Below are positions 56,855 to 64,000 of a stretch of DNA of 64,000 bases, piece by piece. Numbering within the stretch: position 1 is the stretch's first letter; each line of letters opens with the position of its first letter. The stretch is taken from assembly GCA_036676395.1 (NCBI GenBank), contig JAKFCY010000002.1:736001-800000 (forward strand). Direction: 5' to 3'. The translations under genes and the position numbers were made by a program. The DNA comes from Bdellovibrio sp. GTDB lineage: Bacteria > Bdellovibrionota > Bdellovibrionia > Bdellovibrionales > Bdellovibrionaceae. The notes under the pieces were generated by a model. The model worked only from the letters and a program-made list of their open reading frames with translations, was not told the DNA's origin and did not search any database.

Positions 56855-59800
56855 TTGAGAATTAAAAAACTAGAACTAATTGGTTTTAAATCATTTAAAG
56901 ATCGCACAGTCATTCAATTCGATGCTGGTATTACTGGTATCGTAGGCCCGAATGGTTGCGGTAAATCTAATATCGTCGATGCTTTAATGTGGGTAATGGG
57001 CGATCAATCGGCCAAAGACTTACGTGCATCGCAAATGACAGATGTTATCTTTGCCGGCGCAGAAAACTATGCTCCGCATGGTATGTGCGAAGTTTCACTT
57101 ACATTAGAAAATGATGGCGGACCATTCCCAGCTAAGTATTTAAAACATTCTGAAATCATGGTGACTCGTCGTTTACACAGAAATGGTGAAGGCGAATACT
57201 TTATCAATAAAGAAGCAGCTCGTTTAAAAGACGTGCAAGAAATCTTTATGGATACTGGTGCCGGATCAAAAGGTTTCTCGATTATCGCTCAGGGTATGAT
57301 CGGTAAGATCATTACATCTAAGCCAGAAGATCGCCGCATGTTAATCGAAGAAGCCGCGGGTATTACGAAGTTCAAGGCTCGTAAAAAAGAATCGCAACGT
57401 AAATTACAATCTACAGATCAAAACTTAGTGCGTTTACAAGACATCATCGGCGAATTAAAACGCCAGATCGATTCTTTACAGCGTCAGGCGCAGCGTGCTG
57501 AACGTTACCGTAATATCAAAAATCAAATTGAAGATCTTGAATTATGGTTATCATCAGCTCAATACATAGAGCTTGCGCGTGCTGCTAACGAAGCACAAAA
57601 AATCTTTGATGAAGCGCAATCTTTAGAAGTTGGTTCTGAAGCTGACCTTGCAGGAATGCAGGCGCAATTAGAAACTTTAAAACTTTCTGTGTTAGAACAA
57701 GAAAAAGCAGTTGAAGATCGCCAACAAGAATTCTTCAATCACCAGGGTTCTGTACAAAAGAAAGAATTAGAAATTCAGGAATTACGCTTTACGCTTGAAC
57801 AAGCTAAACGCAATGAGCAAATGACGGGTTCGATCTTAAACGAACAACAAGCCCGTTATGATTTATTATCTCGTGATCAAACGACACTTCAGGCTCAAGC
57901 TGATGAATTAAAAGAAGAATCAGAATATTTAGCTGAAGAATCAATTACAAAAGCTCAGGCTTTCAGTGAAAACCAAAAACGTTTTGCTGAAATCGACGAA
58001 GATTTAACTGTTAAACGCCGTGAACAATTTGCCGTAGGCCAATCTGAATCAGCGTTAGATGCAAAATTAAATTCTTTCACAGGTCAGCGTTCTGAAGTTG
58101 CTGATCGTGTAGCTAATGAAGAATTAAAACTTTCTGAATTGCGTGAAACACACCACGGGTTTGAAACTCGTCGTCGTAAAATCACAAATGAATTAGACAG
58201 CCAACGCCAACTTCAATTAGACCTTTCAAATGATGCTGAATCTTTTGAAGCGAATAAAAAGATTTTGACTGAATCTGTTCAACGTAAACAAATTGAAGTT
58301 CAGGAATTTAAAGATAATTTAAATGAAACGGCTTCACGCCTTTACGGTTTAGAAAATTTAGCGCAAAACTTCGAAGGTTTCGAAGAGGGCGTTAAGCAAG
58401 TTATGCTTTGGTCAAAAGCCAGAACTGAACAATCATTAAATGCTGATGGCACGGTGAATGAAACATTCCACCCAGTATCTGAAGTGATCGAAGTGCCAAG
58501 CGAATTCGAAATCGCTATGGAAGCAGCTCTTGGTTCTAAATTACAGATGCTTTTATCTAATAAAAAAGAAACAGCTTTAGAGGCTGTTGATTATTTAAAA
58601 GAACAAAACACAGGCCGTTCTTCTTTCTTTGCGGCTCAGGGCGAAAAAGCTCACATGCCTGCAGGAAACCCTGAAGCTGAAGCCGGTGTTCTTGGTTTAT
58701 TAAATAAAGTCGTTCGTTCTGACGCTCAATTCTCTGACTCGGTAGAAAATATTCTATCTGGTGTGGCGATTGTTGATTCAATCCGTACGGCATTATCATT
58801 ACGTCCGAACTACTCAGGTTGGACTTTTGTAACTCCGGATGGTGATACGTTATCAGCTGATGGCGTAATGACTGGCGGATCAAAAGATTCTGCTGAATCA
58901 GGCGTATTAAAACGTCGTCGTGAAATTAAAGAATTAACTGATAAGAAAAACGAATGGTCTGGTAAGACGGCTTTAGCAACGGCTGCTTTAAAGAAAACTG
59001 AAGAGCAATTAGCTAACGTATTAAATGACTTTGAAGGCGCGCAAAAACGCCGTATCGAACAAGAAATCAAAGTTACAGAACTTCGTAAAGACTTAGAACG
59101 TGCTGATAATGAATTACAACAAGCGGGCAACGCGGTTGAAAGACAGGATAAAGAAGTTCGTCGTTTAACTGAAAACTTAGCTATGCTTGATGAAAAGATT
59201 TCTGAAATGTCAGAAAATCTAGTGAACTTACGCACGAATAAAGCCGAGTTAGAAACATCTATCGAATCATTAACAAATGAATTTGATTCAATGAAAGATG
59301 GTTTCGATGCGCAGCAAGCTGAAGTGACTGATTTACAAATCAGATCAGCTTCTAAATCTCAGGAATACCAAGGTTTAATTCGCCAATTAGAAATGGTGAC
59401 TAGACAGGTTAATGAATTATCGCACCAATTAAACCGTATGTCTGAAGAGGCCGAAGGTTACAATTCGCAAATGACTGAAGGCTCTTATGCTTTAGAACAG
59501 GCGAAAATCGATTTCGAAAGAATGGTTGCTGATATTGAAGTTAAACGTTTAGATTTGGCTCAATTCAAAAATCAATTCGAAATTGAAACTGCTGATATTC
59601 GTGAATTAGAAAATAAAACGATCACAATGCAACGTGAACGTAACGAACGTTTACAGCGTATGTCTGAGTCTCAATTGAAATTAGAATCAGCTAAAATGAA
59701 AGAACAAAACTTGATCGAGCAAACTCGTGAAAAATATATGTTAAATCTTCCAGACGTTGTTGAAAAATACATCGGTCGCGAAGGTGATCCCGTTGCGGCT

Positions 59801-60442
59801 GTTGAAGAATTAAAAGAATTACGCGAAAAATTAGCTAAAATTGGCGAAGTAAATCTTTCAGCTATTGCTGAGTACTCTGAAACGCAAGAGCGTTACGAAT
59901 TTTTAACTAAACAGCACGCTGATCTTACAGAGGCGAAAGAGCATTTACGCAAAGTGATCGAGCGTATTAACAAAATCTGTTCTAAACGTTTCAAAGAAAC
60001 TTTTGATCTTGTTAATGAGCGTTTCCAAAAAGTATTTCCAGTTCTTTTCGGCGGTGGTGAGGCGATGTTACAAATCGTCGAAAACGAAGAAAAAGGCGAA
60101 ATGGGTATCGAGATCATCGCTAAACCTCCAGGTAAGAAAATGCAGAACGTAACCCTAATGTCAGGGGGCGAAAAAGCCCTTACGGCCGTAGCGTTAGTGT
60201 TCTCGATCTTCTTAGTTAAACCGTCTCCGTACTGTTTACTGGATGAGGTTGATGCTCCGCTTGATGATGCCAATGTTTTCCGTTTCAACGATCTAGTCAG
60301 AGAAATGGCAAAACGTTCGCAAATTATCGTGGTGACTCATAATAAGCACACGATGGAAGTCGCTCAGAAGCTTTACGGTGTAACAATGCAAGAACGCGGT
60401 GTTTCAACGATGGTATCTGTGAGCCTTGCTGATATTAAGTAG
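56855..60442 (+). CDS. smc: Chromosome segregation protein SMC
   Basis: GFKSF, Walker A GPNGCGKSN, coiled coils and hinge, MSGGEK, LDEVDAPLD, VTH; AAGGAG RBS then TTG 56855. Confidence 0.98.
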   Translation: MRIKKLELIGFKSFKDRTVIQFDAGITGIVGPNGCGKSNIVDALMWVMGDQSAKDLRASQMTDVIFAGAENYAPHGMCEVSLTLENDGGPFPAKYLKHSEIMVTRRLHRNGEGEYFINKEAARLKDVQEIFMDTGAGSKGFSIIAQGMIGKIITSKPEDRRMLIEEAAGITKFKARKKESQRKLQSTDQNLVRLQDIIGELKRQIDSLQRQAQRAERYRNIKNQIEDLELWLSSAQYIELARAANEAQKIFDEAQSLEVGSEADLAGMQAQLETLKLSVLEQEKAVEDRQQEFFNHQGSVQKKELEIQELRFTLEQAKRNEQMTGSILNEQQARYDLLSRDQTTLQAQADELKEESEYLAEESITKAQAFSENQKRFAEIDEDLTVKRREQFAVGQSESALDAKLNSFTGQRSEVADRVANEELKLSELRETHHGFETRRRKITNELDSQRQLQLDLSNDAESFEANKKILTESVQRKQIEVQEFKDNLNETASRLYGLENLAQNFEGFEEGVKQVMLWSKARTEQSLNADGTVNETFHPVSEVIEVPSEFEIAMEAALGSKLQMLLSNKKETALEAVDYLKEQNTGRSSFFAAQGEKAHMPAGNPEAEAGVLGLLNKVVRSDAQFSDSVENILSGVAIVDSIRTALSLRPNYSGWTFVTPDGDTLSADGVMTGGSKDSAESGVLKRRREIKELTDKKNEWSGKTALATAALKKTEEQLANVLNDFEGAQKRRIEQEIKVTELRKDLERADNELQQAGNAVERQDKEVRRLTENLAMLDEKISEMSENLVNLRTNKAELETSIESLTNEFDSMKDGFDAQQAEVTDLQIRSASKSQEYQGLIRQLEMVTRQVNELSHQLNRMSEEAEGYNSQMTEGSYALEQAKIDFERMVADIEVKRLDLAQFKNQFEIETADIRELENKTITMQRERNERLQRMSESQLKLESAKMKEQNLIEQTREKYMLNLPDVVEKYIGREGDPVAAVEELKELREKLAKIGEVNLSAIAEYSETQERYEFLTKQHADLTEAKEHLRKVIERINKICSKRFKETFDLVNERFQKVFPVLFGGGEAMLQIVENEEKGEMGIEIIAKPPGKKMQNVTLMSGGEKALTAVALVFSIFLVKPSPYCLLDEVDAPLDDANVFRFNDLVREMAKRSQIIVVTHNKHTMEVAQKLYGVTMQERGVSTMVSVSLADIK

Positions 60443-60558
60443 TTTTTTAATAAGTATGTTTATCGCCCGCAGCTAATAAGCGTCTGTCTTGTTAGCGGGG
60501 TCATAGATAGAAAATATTTGGTTGTTGACCGATATTTTTAAAATATTAACATCATGCT

Positions 60559-60954
60559 ATGTTTAAAAATCCAGTTCCCGTCGCTGTTTGCTTATTGCCG
60601 GTAGATAAAAAATTAATAGGTATTCGTAGAGGTATCGAGCCGCGAAAAGGATTTATTGCTTTACCTGGTGGGTATGTGAACGCTGGTGAAACTTGGCAAG
60701 AAGCTTGTTGTAGAGAGCTATACGAAGAAACTGGGATCAAATGCGATCCTGTGCAGATTAATTTATTTTCAGTTGAAAGTGCTATCGATTCAAATCGAAT
60801 TTTAATATTTGGATTGGCTCCTGAAATTACTAAAGAACAATTAAATATCGAGTTTAAAAACGAAGAAACATTAGAAATAAGCTTCATTGAAAAAGATCAA
60901 GAGCTTGCATTTCCGCTTCATACCACCGCAGCACGCAATTTTTTTGAATTATAA
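60559..60954 (+). CDS. NUDIX hydrolase
   Basis: NPVPVA, LPGGYVNAGETWQEACCRELYEETG (Nudix box), LAFPLH. Confidence 0.92.
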   Translation: MFKNPVPVAVCLLPVDKKLIGIRRGIEPRKGFIALPGGYVNAGETWQEACCRELYEETGIKCDPVQINLFSVESAIDSNRILIFGLAPEITKEQLNIEFKNEETLEISFIEKDQELAFPLHTTAARNFFEL

Positions 60955-60983
60955 CACTAATTTAAATTACAAACCATGATCAT

Positions 60984-61019
60984 AAAAGCTCTGACTAAAA
61001 ATCAGAGCTTTTATTTTTT
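60984..61019 (+). terminator. Intrinsic (possibly bidirectional) terminator after the NUDIX gene
   Basis: AAAAGCTCTGA-CTAAAAA-TCAGAGCTTTT followed by ATTTTTT. Confidence 0.8.
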
Positions 61020-61232
61020 AACGCATTAAGATCTGAAACATGACCTGGCACCGATGAGGTTTTGGGCATCAAAAAACTAGACTATGAGTTTTGCAAGGAG
61101 GGGAGGTTTTCTAAGTAAAGAGAATGGAGTTGTTGTTTATGAGAAAATATTTTTTAATTCCTTTTATTTTAGGAACGTAGTATTTGCGTGGTTACTATTC
61201 TCATAGGTGAAACAACTTATTTTGCAGCTCTC

Positions 61233-61260
61233 GCCTATATCAAAAAAGTATAGGCTTTTT
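61233..61260 (+). terminator. Terminator-like hairpin within the non-coding region
   Basis: GCCTATA-N9-TATAGGC followed by TTTTT. Confidence 0.5.
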
Positions 61261-61561
61261 GTCTCTCATCTAAAAAATATTCTAGCGCTAGCTTTTTAAA
61301 ATATACTTCGTAGCGGTGAAGACATGCGTCAGAGAAATAATTCTTGCCAGGGTTTTTAAGGCTTTAATATTTGCTCTGTATTCACGGAATATCTTTTTTG
61401 CGGTCCGCCTCGCGAATGAAAAACAAATTCCGCATAGCTGTGATAGCGAATCTACATCGGGATTGTTGTTGTAGTGGTATCTTTCAAGCTTGATGCAATA
61501 AAAGTCGAAAAAGTTGATTTTAAAAATCGTGGTACTGTCTTTTTGAAAAGGAAAGTACTTT

Positions 61562-62413
61562 ATGAATTTATCACAATTAGCTAATTCTGAATTGTTACTG
61601 CGGCTTGAAAAATTGTCTCGTACTGAAAGAAAAATCACGCATGTGATTCTTTGGCATATCTTAGAAGTTGAAGCTAGAAAGCTTTATGCTGATCGCGGCT
61701 TTGCTAGTTGCTTTGAATATTTGACTAAGGGATTAGGTTATTCAGAGGGCAGTGCTTATCGAAGGCTGCAATCCGCACGATTACTTAAAAAGATGCCCGA
61801 AAAACTAAGCGCTAGTATTGCCGTGAAGATAGAAAATGGTTCACTTAATTTGTCGCAATTAACACAAGTTCAAAAATGTTTAAAAAATGAAGAGAAGTCG
61901 AAAGCACAAAAGTGCTCTACCGTGCCAGTTCGTACGGAACACATCCTTGAACTTATCGAAAATCAAAATACTTTCGAAACGCAAAAAATTTTAGCCAAGC
62001 AATTTAATCAACCTGTGCAAACAGCAGAAAAAATAATTTCACAGCGAAATGATTCGGTTAAAGTAGAGATTATTCTAACCAAAGAACAGATGAAAAATCT
62101 TGAGCAGGCTCAAAGTTTATTAAGCCATGTTTGCCCGGATGGGAGTATCGCAGCCTTGGTTGATTATTTAGTGACTCAACATATTTCAAAGTCGAAGAAA
62201 AGAAATAACATTAAAGCCTGCTGTGAATATATCGACCCTGTGACTGCTAGAAAATGTGATTCTGATTATCAACTGCAAAAAGATCATATTATTCCTAAAG
62301 CTAAGGGTGGAGGTAATGATACGCGCAATTTGCGTACATTGTGCCGTACCCATAATTTATCTGAAGCCCGTCGATGGGGATTGTTGAACAGGGCGGACCT
62401 GGTTGAAAAATAG
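61562..62413 (+). CDS. HNH endonuclease with long helical (DUF222-like) N-terminal region, Bdellovibrio-type
   Basis: N-terminus LEKLSRTERKITHVILWHILEVEARKLY...SCFEYLTKGLGYSEGSAYRRLQSAR; C-terminal CEYIDP..C...LQKDHIIPKAKGGGNDTRNLRTLCRTHN (Zn-binding HNH). Confidence 0.9.
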   Translation: MNLSQLANSELLLRLEKLSRTERKITHVILWHILEVEARKLYADRGFASCFEYLTKGLGYSEGSAYRRLQSARLLKKMPEKLSASIAVKIENGSLNLSQLTQVQKCLKNEEKSKAQKCSTVPVRTEHILELIENQNTFETQKILAKQFNQPVQTAEKIISQRNDSVKVEIILTKEQMKNLEQAQSLLSHVCPDGSIAALVDYLVTQHISKSKKRNNIKACCEYIDPVTARKCDSDYQLQKDHIIPKAKGGGNDTRNLRTLCRTHNLSEARRWGLLNRADLVEK

Positions 62414-62504
62414 CCAAATTGACGCAGGTCTTCATCGCATCGAAAGTAAATAGGACAAGAATCCGTTTTGAACTCGCCCGAATTAGTGTACTAATGTTTT
62501 TCTT

Positions 62505-63677
62505 ATGTCAGAGTCGCATTCTTATCAAATGAATCTTTTGTTAATAGTCATCGCAGTTCTTGCGCTGGCTATTTTTATTCCAGTCATACTTTCAATCTTA
62601 AAAAAGAAAAAGAAATATACCCCTCCGCCATTAGATAACGCGCAGGCGGATCTTGAGCCGTTACATAAATCAGAGCCAACTCCACAGACTGAACTTCCTG
62701 AACTTTTAGCGGATACTCAGCCAAAAGTTGAAGAAGATCTATCGTCAACAGCCACTATCGGCAAAGCGATGGAAAAAACTAAAGATAGTTTTTTCGGTCG
62801 CATTAAAAATGCCTTCACAAATACCGATAAGAAAAAAGTTTTAGAAGAAATCGAAGAAGTTCTATATACGAGCGATTTAGGCCCAAAAACTGTTCAAAAA
62901 CTTTTAGATAAAGTTTCATCAAGTGATATGTCAGATATTTCGAAAGTGAAAGAATCTTTGTCATTGCAGATGCAAGAAATCCTTTTAGATATTCATGCTT
63001 CACAAAAAGATTCAAAATTGGTTTCTGATTTAATTCCCAAGCGCAGTGATGGCCCAATGGTGTTAATGGTTGTTGGCGTAAATGGCGCAGGTAAAACTAC
63101 GTCAATCGGTAAAATTACAGCGCAATTAGCTCATCAGGGATTTAAAATTCTGGTGGCAGCAGGTGATACTTTCCGCGCGGCAGCCGGCGGACAATTAAAA
63201 GTTTGGACAGAGCGCGCGCAAAATGCCAATGGCCATGTTGAAATTTTCTGGCCAGATAATGTGACAGATCCGGCGGCAGTGGCGTTCGATGCAGTAAGCA
63301 AGGGTAAAGCTGGTCAGTATGATTTTGTGATCTTAGATACAGCAGGACGTTTACATACTCAGGGTCATTTAATGGACGAGCTTAAAAAAGTTAAACGTGT
63401 AATGGCGAAAGTTATTCCGGATGCGCCTCATGAAACATGGATCGTGCTCGATGCAAATTCGGGACAAAATGCCCTTAATCAAGCGGTTGAATTTAATAAA
63501 GCCCTTGAAGTGACTGGCGTAATTTTAACTAAAATGGATGGCACAGCCAAAGGTGGCGTAGCCCTGGGAGTTGTTGATCAACTAGCAAAACCAATTCGTT
63601 TAGTCGGTCTAGGTGAGAAAATCGGTGATCTAAAAGTCTTTGAACCAAAAGAGTACATTGATTCCATCTTAGGATAA
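62505..63677 (+). CDS. ftsY: SRP receptor FtsY (with N-terminal TM anchor)
   Basis: GVNGAGKTTSIGK, DTFRAAA, DTAGRL, TKMDGTAKGG, GLGE. Confidence 0.98.
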   Translation: MSESHSYQMNLLLIVIAVLALAIFIPVILSILKKKKKYTPPPLDNAQADLEPLHKSEPTPQTELPELLADTQPKVEEDLSSTATIGKAMEKTKDSFFGRIKNAFTNTDKKKVLEEIEEVLYTSDLGPKTVQKLLDKVSSSDMSDISKVKESLSLQMQEILLDIHASQKDSKLVSDLIPKRSDGPMVLMVVGVNGAGKTTSIGKITAQLAHQGFKILVAAGDTFRAAAGGQLKVWTERAQNANGHVEIFWPDNVTDPAAVAFDAVSKGKAGQYDFVILDTAGRLHTQGHLMDELKKVKRVMAKVIPDAPHETWIVLDANSGQNALNQAVEFNKALEVTGVILTKMDGTAKGGVALGVVDQLAKPIRLVGLGEKIGDLKVFEPKEYIDSILG

Positions 63678-63696
63678 GGGTTTAATAGAACCTTAG

Positions 63697-64000
63697 ATGT
63701 TCAAACTTTTTTGCTCCGTTTTTTTATTCAGCTTTTGTACGTTCGCGCAAAACGTGTCGCCAAAATTAAACGTGATTCAAACCCAAATCAGCAAATGCGG
63801 TTTGAGTTTTCCGAATATGAACAAAATCACAAATTACAACCAGCTGTACGCAGCCATGGATAAAAAATATCTTTTATACGCTGAAAAAACTATGGAGCGT
63901 GAAGTTTTATACAAGTCTCGCGGTGTAGAGTATAAATTAAAAGTGATCAACGATGTCATGTCTCTATTTCGTTTCGGCGAAGAAGGTCGCGTGATTGCGA
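63697..64000 (+). CDS. Secreted hypothetical protein (runs off window end; not in the ORF track)
   Basis: My translation: MFKLFCSVFLFSFCTFA-QNVSPKLNVIQTQISKCGLSF..., open to 64000. Confidence 0.6.
   Translation, partial: MFKLFCSVFLFSFCTFAQNVSPKLNVIQTQISKCGLSFPNMNKITNYNQLYAAMDKKYLLYAEKTMEREVLYKSRGVEYKLKVINDVMSLFRFGEEGRVIA

Noticed and set aside
61288..61638. 116-aa minus-strand ORF in the HNH upstream region
   Set aside because: It overlaps the HNH start, has no recognisable motif and no clear RBS; probably spurious, though not excluded.
61562..62413. IscB/Cas9-like identity for the HNH protein
   Set aside because: No PLMP or split RuvC motifs; the HNH is C-terminal; no CRISPR repeats nearby.

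Overview
An AT-rich, gene-dense bacterial chromosomal segment. Gene content points to a predatory Bdellovibrionota (Bdellovibrio/Pseudobdellovibrio-like): a RomR-type polarity regulator, a DUF4360-like protein, many orphan secreted proteins and a Bdellovibrio-type HNH endonuclease. This assignment is an inference. Housekeeping blocks: MoxR-DUF58-transglutaminase, pstS, nadC-birA, lptG-def-fmt-rpe, hutH/hutU/hutI, sucA-sucB-lpdA, gpmA, glpK, glyQS-ppdK, smc and ftsY. Accessory loci worth attention: (i) a secreted glycine-zipper protein followed by two paralogous small membrane proteins, resembling a toxin with tandem immunity genes; (ii) an arginase-OlsB-like operon divergent from pstS, with a Pho-box-like repeat; (iii) a tandem-GGDEF protein with a signal peptide; (iv) a serpin inside the hut operon; (v) a minor-pilin cluster with a giant PilX-like protein; (vi) a secreted protein with mirror-symmetric spacing of 14 cysteines, suggesting a long disulfide-laddered beta-hairpin; (vii) a candidate sRNA upstream of glyQS; (viii) an HNH gene with about 600 nt of structured upstream non-coding DNA, lying with a NUDIX gene between smc and ftsY. 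Correctly spaced sigma54-type (GG-N10-GC/GT) elements recur upstream of the orphan secreted genes. I saw no rRNA, tRNA, CRISPR array or transposase. All calls come from reading motifs by eye; no searches were run.
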